This document shows positions 49,900 through 61,400 of a DNA stretch of 62,278 nucleotides, one piece after another. The position numbers and the translations under genes were made by a program. Below the pieces are notes generated by a model, which ran no database searches, was not told the DNA's origin, and saw nothing but the letters and a program-made list of their open reading frames with translations. Numbering within the stretch: position 1 is the stretch's first letter; the number at the start of each line of letters is the position of its first letter. Origin of the DNA: Candidatus Xenobia bacterium (lineage in GTDB: Bacteria > Vulcanimicrobiota > Xenobia > Xenobiales > QWHO01); NCBI GenBank assembly GCA_045863235.1, contig BTUM01000047.1:1-62278 (forward strand), written 5' to 3'.

Positions 49900-50661
49900 T
49901 TACCAGCGCAGCCGGTAGTAGAGCACCCCCAGCCACTCCTCCAGGGCCCTGGAGGAGCGCCACAGGGCAAACGAGTCCGGCAGGATGACGAAGATGCCCC
50001 TGTCCCAACGGCCGGGCTGCTCCAGCCCGGTGGGACCGGGCACGACCTCGATGCCCAACCGCTCGTAGGCCCGTTTGGCCCGACGGATGTGCCAGGCCTG
50101 GGTCACCAGGATGATCTTGCTGACCCCCTGGGCGCGCAGCAGGGGGGCGCTCATCTCAGCGTTCTCGTGGGTGGTCAGGCTCCGGTCTTCGAGCCAGATC
50201 GGGCTCTTGATGCCGAGGTCGTCGCGGGCCACTCGGGCCATGGCTCCGGCCTCGCTGTCTTCTCCGCCCGTGCCCCCGCCGCTCACGAGCATCAGTGGCA
50301 AGCCGGTGTGGCGGGCCAGATAGGCGCCGTAGCGCAGCCGAGCCAGGCTTGACTCGGTCGGAATTGGATGGCCGTAATCGGGCGGTTCTCGCACGTAGCC
50401 CCCTCCCAACACGATGATGGCCTGGGCCCCGCTGGCCCGAGCCTGCTCCAGGGTCAGGGCGGGAGCGACCTCGAGCGAGCCGATCAGCAAGCGCGCTACG
50501 GGCGGGGTGGACAGGAGGTAGAGCAGGGCTGTGGCCGTTACCAGGAGGGCCTTCCCCGCCCGGGGACGGCGTCGGGTCAGGAGCAGCCCGGCCAGGAGCA
50601 GCAAGAGCAGACAGCCCGGCGGCAGGAGAAAAATGCGCACGACGTGGGTGAGGTCCAGCAT
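49900..50661 (-). CDS. YdcF/ElyC (DUF218) family protein
   Basis: AIIVLGGG, LVSGG, EDRSLTTHENA, LVTQAWHIRRA. Confidence 0.9.
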   Translation of the reverse strand: MLDLTHVVRIFLLPPGCLLLLLLAGLLLTRRRPRAGKALLVTATALLYLLSTPPVARLLIGSLEVAPALTLEQARASGAQAIIVLGGGYVREPPDYGHPIPTESSLARLRYGAYLARHTGLPLMLVSGGGTGGEDSEAGAMARVARDDLGIKSPIWLEDRSLTTHENAEMSAPLLRAQGVSKIILVTQAWHIRRAKRAYERLGIEVVPGPTGLEQPGRWDRGIFVILPDSFALWRSSRALEEWLGVLYYRLRW

Positions 50662-50703
50662 GGGCAGGCAATGCTCCCGACGATGAGCGTTCTCCTTCGT
50701 GGG

Positions 50704-52581
50704 TCAACCCGTGGACAGATCCCAGCGACGAAATACTCCCGCTTGATCGAAGCTTGTCAGGAAGCGTCGGTCGGTCGAGGGCAGAATGCCGTGGATGGTG
50801 TCTGCGTGTCCACCCGCCTCGAGACGGCGGCCTCCATCCAGGCTGGTGACCACCAATCGCAGCGCCTGGTAGCCCAGAACCAGGTTCTCGTCCGGCAGGA
50901 CGACCAGCGGCGTGAGCTCGGTGCCGATTGTCCCCGTCTCCCGTTCTGCGCAAAAGATTCGCGAGCCGATGGAGAAGTGCCGGCCATCGAAACTGGGGCA
51001 CAGCTGCTCGGCCTGGCCCAGCATCCAACTGGCCTGACTGTCCAGGTCGTAGAGGTGCAGCGACCTCTCCCCGGAGTCGAACAGGGCCTCCCGGTAGTCA
51101 CCCACCTCGAGAAGCAGTCGCCTGCCTCCCGCCCGGCCCCGGTAGCGTGCCGGCAATCGCCGGGGGCTCCCCCACTCCAAAGTCGTCAGGTCGAGCTCGA
51201 ACAGGTGGGGAGCCTCCTGAAAGAACCCGTACAGAAACCATGAGCCGTCGCCAAGCTCGATCAGCTGCGTGCCCGGGCAAGCGCGCTCGAGCTCCAGACG
51301 TCCGCTGGCAAGATCGCAGCGGCGCAGCACTCCCTCAACCAGGCTGGTTCTCTCCAGCAGCACAACCTTGTCGCTGTGTAAACGCACTTCTCCGTGATTG
51401 GCGAAGAACCGGCTGAGCTTCTTGTCGGCTCGAGCGAGACGCAGCCTCTGCCTCAGCCAGGTGGCGCCCGTGTCTAGATCCAGGCTCCACAGCTCGCCCT
51501 GCAGGTTGACTACGCTCAAGAGGCTCCCCTGAGCGCCCAGCGCGCGCACATCGGTGGCCAGCAGCAGCTCGCCGGCTAAGCCGGAAAGCGGCTCTCCCAG
51601 TCGACCCAGCCGGCAGTTATGCCAGTTGGTCAGCCACACCTCGCCCTCCACCGTTCCCATGGCGACCTCATGGCCCGAGATGGCCAGAGCGGTGTGCCGA
51701 CCCTCCACCCTGTCCGGCCGTTGCCAGCGCCGCACTCGGGCCCGCTCGTCTCCCAGGCCGACACTCGAAGCCGGAACGCGCGACATCCCGCTGGAGGCCG
51801 ACACCTGGGAGGGCTCAGGCTGCTGGTAGAACAGGGCTCTTTTGTCCAGCAGGCTGTAGACGCGAACCTCCTGACCCCGCTCGCGAGCGGCCAGCATCTG
51901 GCGGTCGGAGCTGACCGCCAGAGGGGTGAGCCAGGCCGAGCCCGTCAGGCGAAGCTGATCACCCGAAGGGCGGCCGGACACGGTCTTGAGGCAGGCGAGC
52001 TGATAAACTCCCCGGTTGCCGACATAAACCTCCTCGTGGCCTTTCGGGCCAAAGCGGGCCGAGACCTCGGTCCAGCCCGGGCGCGTCCAGGACCCCAGGC
52101 GCCCCCCATCCATCCGATAGCTGTCCACGTGGCGGTCATCGCGCACGACCAGGAATGCCTGCCCATCGGCCGACAGGTCGAGGTCGCTCAGACAGCCCTC
52201 CACCGGCACAGTGCGCTCGGGGGTCCAGCTCGGATGGCTCCAGGCGTAAAGCTCCACCCGACTCTGGCTACCCAGCGCCAGCCGGCTCCCTCGGTGGGCC
52301 AGGAGATCAGGATGGTCGGGCAGGGGAAATGCGGGCCCGTCGACTCGGGTCAGACGCCCTGGCAGGAGCGCCCACAGCGCCTCGTCATGCCAGAACAGGG
52401 CGTGGACCGGGCCGGGAGAGCAGGTCCACTCGCGATCCCCCAGCCGCACACGCCCGGAAGCGTGCCCCACGGCCAGAGCCTGCGGCGTGAAAAGAAGGGC
52501 CGTGACGGGATCGCTCACCCGGGCGATTTCGAGGGGTGAGATTCGGCGCCCTCCGGGCAGGATGACTCCCTGCCCCGACAA
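50704..52581 (-). CDS. WD40-like repeat protein
   Basis: C-terminal GHADTIHGI...RRWD and other propeller-like strands. Confidence 0.7.
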   Translation of the reverse strand: MSGQGVILPGGRRISPLEIARVSDPVTALLFTPQALAVGHASGRVRLGDREWTCSPGPVHALFWHDEALWALLPGRLTRVDGPAFPLPDHPDLLAHRGSRLALGSQSRVELYAWSHPSWTPERTVPVEGCLSDLDLSADGQAFLVVRDDRHVDSYRMDGGRLGSWTRPGWTEVSARFGPKGHEEVYVGNRGVYQLACLKTVSGRPSGDQLRLTGSAWLTPLAVSSDRQMLAARERGQEVRVYSLLDKRALFYQQPEPSQVSASSGMSRVPASSVGLGDERARVRRWQRPDRVEGRHTALAISGHEVAMGTVEGEVWLTNWHNCRLGRLGEPLSGLAGELLLATDVRALGAQGSLLSVVNLQGELWSLDLDTGATWLRQRLRLARADKKLSRFFANHGEVRLHSDKVVLLERTSLVEGVLRRCDLASGRLELERACPGTQLIELGDGSWFLYGFFQEAPHLFELDLTTLEWGSPRRLPARYRGRAGGRRLLLEVGDYREALFDSGERSLHLYDLDSQASWMLGQAEQLCPSFDGRHFSIGSRIFCAERETGTIGTELTPLVVLPDENLVLGYQALRLVVTSLDGGRRLEAGGHADTIHGILPSTDRRFLTSFDQAGVFRRWDLSTG

Positions 52582-52595
52582 AGCCTGATTCGACG

Positions 52596-53543
52596 ATGGA
52601 GGAGCTACACCTCAACCCCCTCGGCCCTCAGACCGCCTCTGGCCTGGTAGAGCTGTTCCGGGCGCTGTACGGCGAGACCTACCCCGAGTCTGAGGTCTAC
52701 CAGCCCGAGCAACTCCTGTCTTTGCACGCGAACGGCGCGCGGTCCACCTGGGTGGCCCATACCTCCGAAGGCCGGGTGGTGGGCTCGATCACCATCTCCC
52801 GCCAGACCCCCTATGCAAGGCTGTACACCCTGGGCCACGCGTTGGTGCTGCCCGACTATCGGGGCCGTTCGCTGGCTCTGCAGCTGACCATGCTGGGGGC
52901 CACCGAAGTGTTCCAGGATGAAGAGGTGGCCGGCGGCCTGACTGAAACCGGCTGCCACGCTCTCAAGACCCAGGAGCTGGTCTACAAAGGCAGCTTTCTG
53001 CCCTGCGCCATGCTTCCCGGCGCTCTGTCCCCCGAAGCCCTGCCGGTGGAGCAGCGGCTGGACCAGCCCGTCTCGCTGCTGGTCTCCTTCATCAAGCTGC
53101 AGGATCCGCCCCAGACGGCCTACGTCCCGGCTCGAGCCGCCGGGCTGATCAGCGAGGTGGTGCGCATCCTGGGGGTGCAGCGCGAGCTGCGCGAGGCTCC
53201 CCTGGGGGCTCCCGAGCCGACCAGCCAGGTGACCGTGAGCCAGCACGGCGATCTGACGCGCCTGAGCGTGGCCCGCATCGGGGCTGACTTGATCCGGCTC
53301 CTGCCCCGCGAGGCACCCCGCTCCCAGGTCGTGCTACCCCTGGATACCCCGGCCGTCTCCTTCGCCGAGGAGTTGCTCTACCGATCGGGTTACCGCCCCT
53401 GTGGCCTCTTCCCCCGCTGGTTCGGAGGCGATGGGCTGGTCTATCAGAGGGTGCGGGGTCCGGTCAGCTTCGAGCAAGACGTGCTCTATGCGCCCGAGAG
53501 CCAGCAACTGGCCGCGCTGGTCCGGGAGCAGTGGGCCTCATAG
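52596..53543 (+). CDS. GNAT-family acetyltransferase-like protein
   Basis: YGETYP...VY.PE, GRVVG, LVLPDYRGRSLA. Confidence 0.75.
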   Translation: MEELHLNPLGPQTASGLVELFRALYGETYPESEVYQPEQLLSLHANGARSTWVAHTSEGRVVGSITISRQTPYARLYTLGHALVLPDYRGRSLALQLTMLGATEVFQDEEVAGGLTETGCHALKTQELVYKGSFLPCAMLPGALSPEALPVEQRLDQPVSLLVSFIKLQDPPQTAYVPARAAGLISEVVRILGVQRELREAPLGAPEPTSQVTVSQHGDLTRLSVARIGADLIRLLPREAPRSQVVLPLDTPAVSFAEELLYRSGYRPCGLFPRWFGGDGLVYQRVRGPVSFEQDVLYAPESQQLAALVREQWAS

Positions 53544-54575
53544 CAACAGGCCGATGATCTTCTCGCGGTCACCGCGATAAAGGGCCCACTCCAGGGGGCT
53601 CGAGCCGTGAGAGGCATCCGCCTTCTGAGGATCCGCCCCCAGCGACACCAACAGCTTGACGGTCTCCTCGTGGCCGTGCCAGACGGCCAGGTGGAGGGCG
53701 GTCGGGTCGGAGCCATCCAGTTCCGCCCCCAGCGCCGCCAGGATATGCACGGCCGTGGTCTGGCCCCGGGTGGCGGCCTCGGCCAGGGCCTGGTTGAGCC
53801 GTCCCTGATCGGGCATCTGGCCGGCCATGGCGGCCGCGATCAGGAGCTCGGAAGAAGGCAGGTCGGCCGGCAAGAAGCCTCGCTCTTGCAGCCAGCGAGC
53901 CAGGTCTGGTTGCCCTGCCAGCATCGCCCGCTCGACCGCATCGTCGAGATAGGCTCCGTGCTCGACCAGCAGCGTGGCGCGCTTGACCTGCCCCAGCCGG
54001 ATGGCGTGCTGCAGGAGGTAGTCGAGCATGCCCATCTCAGGGTCCCAACTGCAGCGGTGCTCGGCGTTGAGCCCGTAGAGCAGCAGCAACTGAAGACAGG
54101 CGTCGCTCCCTTCCAGCAGGGTGTTGTAAAGCGCCTGACCGTCATTGGGATCGGCCCCCGACTCGAGCAGCAGGCGGGCCAGGCCCTCGCACTCGGGGTG
54201 AGGGGGCTGGCGCACCGGGCCCTGCTCGCCTTCGCCAAAAGCCCCGGTCAGGGCCGTAAAGCGGCTCTCGCCCAGGAAAAAGGAGCTGTTGGGATCGGCC
54301 CCTTTCTCCAGCAGAACGCGCACGGCATCCTTGGTGGGCCCAACCCGGGAGTAGCAGGCGTACAGGATCGGTGTCCATCCTTCGTAGGGCGTGGTGACGT
54401 CCGTCACGTAGCGCAGGGCCTCCAGGTCGCCGGCGGCGGCGGCGGCGTGAGGAGACTCTCGGGTCAACTGAGGGTTTTCGGCCAGAATGCGCCTGGCCGC
54501 CTGGCGCCGAGCCGGGTCATCCTGCCCGTCGTAGTGCAGGCAGGCCATCTGCAGAAACTGATCGTGAGGGCTCAC
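53538..54575 (-). CDS. Ankyrin repeat protein
   Basis: TALHLAVWHGHEETVKLLVSLGAD, LLEKGADPN. Confidence 0.88.
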   Translation of the reverse strand: MSPHDQFLQMACLHYDGQDDPARRQAARRILAENPQLTRESPHAAAAAGDLEALRYVTDVTTPYEGWTPILYACYSRVGPTKDAVRVLLEKGADPNSSFFLGESRFTALTGAFGEGEQGPVRQPPHPECEGLARLLLESGADPNDGQALYNTLLEGSDACLQLLLLYGLNAEHRCSWDPEMGMLDYLLQHAIRLGQVKRATLLVEHGAYLDDAVERAMLAGQPDLARWLQERGFLPADLPSSELLIAAAMAGQMPDQGRLNQALAEAATRGQTTAVHILAALGAELDGSDPTALHLAVWHGHEETVKLLVSLGADPQKADASHGSSPLEWALYRGDREKIIGLLL

Positions 54576-55066
54576 GGACCGACCACCTTCAGGCTGGCCG
54601 CCAGCGGGGCCAGGTGGGTATGCGTCAGCACATCTTTCTCGGCCGGGGAGGCACCGAACAGGACCGCCAGTGAGGGAAGCTCAACGGCGCACCACCTCGT
54701 GCGCGCGTGGCTCTGTCCGGTCAGGAAGGTCAAAGCCGAGCGCTCCGCGCCGGCCAGAAGCACGGTTGCAGGCTGACGCTCCTCGAGAGCCGAGAAGCGC
54801 GCGGCCAGGGCCTGGTCGAGGGTTCCCGGGCGGGCCAGCACCTCCATCAGCAATGGCCCGCCTGGAGGACCGCTCATCCTCAAATAGACGCCCTTCTCGG
54901 GGAAAAGATAGGGGCGAAGGACCGTGCCGGTCGGATCCACCGACAGCTCAACGGGAGCCAGCCCGTGCTGGCGACATTGCTCGGGGGTGATCTGAACACG
55001 ACTCACTGGCGCGGCCCAGGCCAGGCCGGCCAGCAACACCCCGAGTACCGGGAGAAGAACTCGCAC
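54572..55066 (-). CDS. Secreted hypothetical protein
   Basis: Signal peptide (AWA); GTGA overlap with the downstream gene. Confidence 0.65.
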   Translation of the reverse strand: MRVLLPVLGVLLAGLAWAAPVSRVQITPEQCRQHGLAPVELSVDPTGTVLRPYLFPEKGVYLRMSGPPGGPLLMEVLARPGTLDQALAARFSALEERQPATVLLAGAERSALTFLTGQSHARTRWCAVELPSLAVLFGASPAEKDVLTHTHLAPLAASLKVVGP

Positions 55067-55156
55067 CGGGGCCGGTTTCGAACCGGGCGCGCAGTTCCCC
55101 TCCGAGGCTGGACCTCGGGCTGCAAAACCACCTGGTGGTCTCCAGTGGCCGCGGGG

Positions 55157-56233
55157 CTAGGAAACGGAGATGGGCACTTGCCGGCGTGCGCTCTGGTAAG
55201 CCGCATCCACGATTCGGTGGGCGGCCAGTCCGGTCGCGAAGTCGGGAAACGGCTTCGTGCCTGTGCGCAGCGAACGCAGAAAGGCAAGATTTTCCAGCAC
55301 ATAAGGGTTGTGAGCCAGCTCGCCTGGAGGAGCCTTGCGCCCCAGAAAACGCCGGTGAGACCGGTCCACCGCCCGGGTGGAGAGAGTGCGAACCGGGCCG
55401 TGCTGATCCTGAACTGAGATGGTGCCCAGCATGTCGGCGCTCGAAGCCAGGTAGCGGCGTTCACAGAATAGCTCCAGGTTTCGGTTGGACTCACGTCCCA
55501 GCATCTGGTGCCAGAGCGAGACCAGTGTGGCTCGGGCCCCGCTGGCGAACTCGAGCAGCAGAACGGCACTGTCCTCGATGCCGACCCGACCCGAGAAGTA
55601 GTCGGTGCGGGCCTCCACCCGGGTGACTTCGCCGAAGAACCAGCGTAGCAGGTCCAGGTCGTGGATGGAGTGCTCGAGCAGGGCCCCCCCGCCCACGACT
55701 TCAAGGTCGGAGCGCCACTGGCTGTGGTAGCTGCCCCCGATGGGGAAATACTGGTCGTCGCGGAACACGGCCGCCATCGGGCGGCCGACGCCCTCCTCAT
55801 GGAGCAGCTGGCGCATCACCTGGTAGACGGGCGAAAAGCGCAGGACCAGACCCAGTTGGGCGGGCAGCGAAGCTTCCTCGACCGCCCGAGCCATGCGCTC
55901 GACTTCAGCCAGGTTACGGCCCAGCGGCTTCTCGCAGAAGATCGGCAGCCCCTGGCCGGCCGCCTGCAGCACCGGCTCGAGGTGGTCGCGAGTGGGAGAG
56001 CAGATGTAGAGAGCGTCAAGCCCGGCCTCGAACATGCGACGACAATCGGTCGTTCCGCCCGCAAAGCCATAGTTGCGCCGAAAAAGCTCCACCCGCTCGG
56101 GCTCGAGATCGCAGGCCAGCACCAGCTCCAGGGGCTCGAGACCGGCCTCGCGCAGTTGCAGGAGCGAGTCGATGTGCATCTGGGCGATGTGGCCACAGCC
56201 GATCAATCCAAGTCGGAGAGTCTTGAGCTTCAC
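55157..56233 (-). CDS. Gfo/Idh/MocA family oxidoreductase
   Basis: GLIGCGHIA, FCEKPL, GGGALLEHSIHDLD. Confidence 0.92.
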   Translation of the reverse strand: MKLKTLRLGLIGCGHIAQMHIDSLLQLREAGLEPLELVLACDLEPERVELFRRNYGFAGGTTDCRRMFEAGLDALYICSPTRDHLEPVLQAAGQGLPIFCEKPLGRNLAEVERMARAVEEASLPAQLGLVLRFSPVYQVMRQLLHEEGVGRPMAAVFRDDQYFPIGGSYHSQWRSDLEVVGGGALLEHSIHDLDLLRWFFGEVTRVEARTDYFSGRVGIEDSAVLLLEFASGARATLVSLWHQMLGRESNRNLELFCERRYLASSADMLGTISVQDQHGPVRTLSTRAVDRSHRRFLGRKAPPGELAHNPYVLENLAFLRSLRTGTKPFPDFATGLAAHRIVDAAYQSARRQVPISVS

Positions 56234-56239
56234 CGGTTT

Positions 56240-56539
56240 CTAACTCCTTCGCCCACGGCGCAGATAGTAGAACTCGACCGCCCCGATCAGGGCACCCACC
56301 ACCAGCATCACCGGGCCCCAGGGAAGAGCCCGCATGATGCCCTGAGCCAGGGTGAGTGAGCCGCCGCTGAAGAACATGGCCACTCCCAGGGCCACCAGAA
56401 AGCCCACCAGGCCCAGGGTGACCCCCATGGTCATGGCCGCCTGGACGGTCCGGGCAAAGGTCTTGTGGACGATCTTTGGAGGCGGCTCCAGGTTGCTGAT
56501 CTCCGGTTGCTCGGCGATCTGACGCTTGAGGCGATCCAT
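56240..56539 (-). CDS. Small membrane protein
   Basis: Two TM helices; co-oriented with the oxidoreductase. Confidence 0.65.
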   Translation of the reverse strand: MDRLKRQIAEQPEISNLEPPPKIVHKTFARTVQAAMTMGVTLGLVGFLVALGVAMFFSGGSLTLAQGIMRALPWGPVMLVVGALIGAVEFYYLRRGRRS

Positions 56540-56592
56540 GGCGGGGGGTTCGGCCACGAAGGGGGAGACTCCCTGCCCGAGAACAGTTCCAG

Positions 56593-58200
56593 ATGATGCG
56601 GTTGCTGGTCGTCTTGCTGGCCCTTTCCACGATGCTGCCGGCCCTGGCCCGCGAGGAGCTGTATTTCCCCTATCGGGAGGCCGGATTGAGTCGCGAGGAA
56701 GCAGCCGCCCACCTGCTCAACCGCTTCTCCTACGGACCCCGCCCCGGCCAGGTGGCCGAGGTGGCTCGCGGCGGCTTGGAGGCGTGGTTCGAGGGCCAGC
56801 TCACCGGCGATCTGACCAGTCCCGAGCTGGGCAGCGCCCTGCTGGCCGTGCCCGAAGAGTCCAACGAATGGACCCTGCGGGCCCGCAAGCTGTTGCGCGC
56901 GGTCTACAACCAGAACCAGCTCCACGAAGTTCTGACCGACTTCTGGTTCAACCACTTCAACGTGTCCTTGACCGACGACGACTGCCGCCAGTTTGTGGCC
57001 TCCTATGAGCGCGAAGCCATCCGTCCCAACATTCTGGGCCCGTTCCGAGAGCTGCTGGGGGCCACCGCCCATCACCCCTGCATGCTCTACTACCTGGACA
57101 ATGCGTATTCTCAGGCCCCCGCGACCGGCACTGTGGAGATGGAGAGCAACACCGACCCGCTCGGCTATTCCGCTCGCCGGGGCAAGCTGCGACCCACGCC
57201 CCGTCCGCCCGATCCCAACCAGCGCAAGGGACTCAACGAGAACTACGCCCGCGAGTTGCTCGAGCTTCATACCCTGGGCGTGGACGGCGGCTACCGACAG
57301 AAAGACGTCACCGAGGTGGCCCGAGTGCTGACCGGCTGGAGCGTCGAGCGGACCGCCGGCAAGGCCAGCTTCGTCTTCAGGCCGGAATGGCACGACGATC
57401 GCCCCAAGCGAGTGATGGGCAGCCCCACCCAGGCTAGCGGTCAGCAAGAAGGTGAGAAGCTGCTCGATACCCTGGCCATGCACCCCTCCACGGCACGCTT
57501 TCTGTGCCGCAAGCTGGCGGTGCGCTTCGTCTCGGACAGTCCTCCCCGGTCGCTGCTCACCCGCCTGGAGCGCACCTATCTGCGCCGGGGCGGCGATCTG
57601 AAGGCCGTGGTGGTGGAGCTGGTCGAGTCGCCCGAGTTCTGGGACCGCTCGGTGGTGAAGGCCAAGGTCAAATCCCCCTTCGAGCTGGCCGCCAGCTCGG
57701 TGCGCATCCTCAATGCCCGGCTCGAGCCCCGCTCGGGCGTGGTGGGCTTCCTCGAGCCCATGGGCCAGGAGCTCTACGCCTGCCGTCCCCCCACCGGATT
57801 TCCCGATCGGGCCGACTACTGGATCAACACCGGCAACCTGCTCAACCGCATGAACTTTTGCCTGCAGCTCGCTTCGGGCCGGGTGAACGGAGCTCGGGTC
57901 GATCTCTCCGAGTTGCGGCCCGGCCGCTCGCCCCGCACCGTCGAGGAGGCGCTGAGCGCATACGCACGCTGTGTTTTGCCTGGCCGGGACGTCAAGGGTA
58001 CTGTCGAGCAGCTCATGCCCGCCGCCCTCGACCCCGAGTTCGCCCGCCGCGTCACCGAAGCGGCCACCGCCCGGGGGGGAAGCGCCAAAGCCTATCCCCA
58101 GGCGCAACCCTCGACCAGGCAGAAGGTCGAGCTGACTCCCGAGAGCACTGCCAACGTGGTGGGGATCCTGCTCGGATCGCCCGAATTCCAGCGCCGCTAA
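56593..58200 (+). CDS. DUF1800 family protein
   Basis: HLLNRFSYGPRPG, FWFNHFNV, NENYARELLELHTLG, KVKSPFE, SPEFQRR. Confidence 0.92.
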   Translation: MMRLLVVLLALSTMLPALAREELYFPYREAGLSREEAAAHLLNRFSYGPRPGQVAEVARGGLEAWFEGQLTGDLTSPELGSALLAVPEESNEWTLRARKLLRAVYNQNQLHEVLTDFWFNHFNVSLTDDDCRQFVASYEREAIRPNILGPFRELLGATAHHPCMLYYLDNAYSQAPATGTVEMESNTDPLGYSARRGKLRPTPRPPDPNQRKGLNENYARELLELHTLGVDGGYRQKDVTEVARVLTGWSVERTAGKASFVFRPEWHDDRPKRVMGSPTQASGQQEGEKLLDTLAMHPSTARFLCRKLAVRFVSDSPPRSLLTRLERTYLRRGGDLKAVVVELVESPEFWDRSVVKAKVKSPFELAASSVRILNARLEPRSGVVGFLEPMGQELYACRPPTGFPDRADYWINTGNLLNRMNFCLQLASGRVNGARVDLSELRPGRSPRTVEEALSAYARCVLPGRDVKGTVEQLMPAALDPEFARRVTEAATARGGSAKAYPQAQPSTRQKVELTPESTANVVGILLGSPEFQRR

Positions 58201-58402
58201 GAGCGGTTCCGCTGCTGAAGCTCAAGGGCGCCCTCAGCACGGTGGTTTGAGCGCTGATCCCGCGTTCAGCCCCAAATGGCGGTCGCGGGCGGAGATGTGA
58301 ACAATCTCTCGAGAACGTTTTACAATTCGACAACATCGGACGGAACCGCACCTCCGAGGGCCCGGTTGTTCCTGACAGACAGCCAGACGGGAGGACATCG
58401 CC

Positions 58403-61400
58403 GTGGTCAAGTCAGCCGAGAAGGTCCAGGAGGTCCGAGAGAAACCCCGCAGCGAGAGCAAGAAGCCGGCCAGCCTGGGACAGGCAGCCGAGCGAGCAGC
58501 TGAGGAGACCAGACCGACTCCTGACAGCGAGGCAGCCGGGCCGACTCCCGACCGCAGCATCCGCCAACCTGTTCGGGATGAGAGCCAGTTGAGCGGCGAG
58601 CAGGCCGAGGAGCAGGAGCTGGACGGCGAGCAAATCCAGCGCCTTCTGCGGGACCGGGGGGTGACAAGCGAACGCCGGGCTGACCAGGAGCGGAGCTCCG
58701 AGCCACGAGAAGACAGCTCTCAATTCCTGGAGCGCCGGAAGTTAGAGCTCACCCGGTTCCCGCAACCACTCGACCCGGACCAGCTGACCGAGCAACAACG
58801 AGCGGATTCGCCGCAGCCTGGCCAGCGAGCGGGATTGCCGCTCGAGTTCGATCAGCCTGGCGCGCGGGCGGGCCTGCCGCTCGAGTTCGATCAGCCTGGC
58901 GAGCGGGCGGGACTGCCGCTCGAGTTCGATCAGCCTGGCGAGCGGGCGGGACTGCCGCTCGAGCTGGACCGGCTGACCGAGCGGGCGGGACTGCCGCTCG
59001 AGCTGGACCGGCTGACCGAGCGCCAGCGAGCGGGCCTGCCGCTCGAGGTGGACCAGGTGACCGAGCGCCAGCGAGCGGGATTGCCGCTCGAGCTAGACCA
59101 GGTGACCGAGCGCCAGCGAGCGGGATTGCCGCTCGAGCTAGACCAGGTGACCGAGCTCCAGCGAGCGGGATTGCCGCTCGAGCTAGACCAGGTGACCGAG
59201 CTCCAGCGAGCGGGATTGCCGCTCGAGCTGGACCGGCTGACCGAGCGCCAGCGGGCGGGCCTGCCTCTCGAGCTGGACCGGTCTGGCGGGCGGGCGGTGC
59301 TGGCGCCCTCCGGACTCGCCGGCGATGCCGGCGTAGCTCGGCACGCTGCCCAGGGCGAGGGGCAGCCCCAACCGTCCCAACTCGAAACGACCGCTCAGGT
59401 GCTGCTCGACAACATCGATCGGCTCGACCAGGCCGCCGGACGGGGCGGACGGGATGGCAAGATCGGCCGCGAGGACCTGGAGGCTGTGGCTAACGACCCC
59501 AACGCGTCCCCCGAGCTTCGCGAGGCCGCCCGGACCGCTCTGGGGAACGAAAACTACCTCAACGCACTCGATCTTGGCGCCGGGGGCGGCGACGTCGACC
59601 GCGAGATCGGGCGCGACGATCTGCAAGCGGTCATCCGGGAGGAGCAGGAGAACCCGCAGCGCCTCACCATCGAGGAGACTGCCGCCATCGTGCGCGACAA
59701 CTTCGAGCTCTTCGACACCGCATCAGGCGGGGGCGGAAAGGACCAGGAGATCGGACGAGAAGACCTGCAGGCCATCTCGACCAACCAGGAGCTTCCCCCT
59801 GAAGTGCGCGAGGCAGCCCGGGCCCTGCTCGAGAACGACAACTACCACCATGCCCTGGACATCGCCACGGGCCGGGGCGACCTGGATGGCAAGATCGGCC
59901 TGCGCGATGTCAATGCGGCCGCAGACCGGGGCTTCCTGGACAACCCCGAGGTGGCTCAGGATCCTGCAGCCAGCCTCCAGATCCAGGACAACGTGCTCAC
60001 CATCGCCCAGAACTTCGATTCTCTGGACACGGCGGCGGACGGGGGCAACCCCGATGGCGTCATCGGCCGACGCGATCTTCAGGCGGCTCTGGACGATCCG
60101 TCCACCCCGCCCGAGCTGCGCCAGGCCGTGATGGATGTTCTGGCCAACCCGGCCGCCCTGAACGCGCTCGACGTGGGCAGCGGGCAGGGCAAGGTGGACG
60201 GCAAGTTCGACCGGGGCGACATCGTCGACTTCGTCCGCTCGGGCCTGGACCGGGCAGCCGAGAACGCTCACGAGCAAGACGAGATCTTCTCAGCCTTCAT
60301 GGCCGAGTATGGCCAGTTCCTCCCACCCGAGGAGCTGACGGAGAGCCGTGAGGCCCAGCGCCTCAAGTCGGCCCACGCCGGCCACGAGGCCCTGGCCGAG
60401 AACTTCACCCGGCTGTTTGACGACCCCCGCTTCCAGGATGTGTTCAACGACCTGGGCGAGAACGACAAGATCGGCCTGGTGCAACAGATCAGCGAAGACC
60501 TCACCGGCACCGTGGCCGGCCAGCAGTTCATCGACGAGGTGGTGGGGGACGTGGCCGCCATCGGTCGGGGAGAGTTACAGCAGAGCGACAACGTCTTCGC
60601 CCGATTCATTACCGACGGGCGCCGGGTGGAGCGCTCGTCCAACCAGGCCTACAATAACGCCCTCAACGCCTTGATCGCTCCCAGCTTGTATCAGGCTAAG
60701 GACGCCAGGACGGCGATCAAGCTCCTGGACGGCTTCGTGGCCGGCTCGTTCTCGCCGCAGGACGCCCAGAAATTCCAGCAGACGGTGGGAGCGGAGTTCC
60801 GCAACGTGGCCAACCTGGTCGACTCCATCCAGGGCACTCCCACCCCCGAGCAGGTGGCCGAGCTCAACCAGGCCCGCCAGCGCCTGGCCGACAAGCTGCA
60901 GGAGGCCAACGCCCGCAACGACTCCCTCGGCCGCGGCAAGCCCCTGGGCAACACGCTGAATGTGGGCGCCGTGGTGTTCGACGCCTTTGCCATCTCGCAG
61001 CACGACTTCGGCGAGGACCTGTTGCGAGATACCGTGCTGCTGGCCAGCACCGCCCGCGACGTGGCCGACGTGGGAAAGATCGCCGCCACCTCGCTCTCGC
61101 GCGGAGCCCAGAGCCTGATCGGGCGGGCCGCCATCGCCGCCGGAGCGGGCGACAGCGCCGCCCTGGCAGGCACCCGGCTGGCCGGCGGGCTGGGCCGGGC
61201 CGTGCCCATCCTGGGCGCGGCGGCCAGCTTCGCCAGCGCCATCGCCAGCTTCCACGACGACAAGCTTGGTTTTGCCGCCGACGTGCTCAGCGGAGTGGGC
61301 TTCACAGCCATTGCCGCCGCCCCGCTGTTTGGTCCGGCTGCCCCGGTCGCGGCCACCCTGGGAGCTGTGGCGGTCGGCGTGGGCGGAGCCATTCGCCTGG

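Noticed and set aside
58826..59281. CRISPR array
   Set aside because: There are no unique spacers, unit lengths are multiples of 3 inside a CDS, and no cas genes are present.
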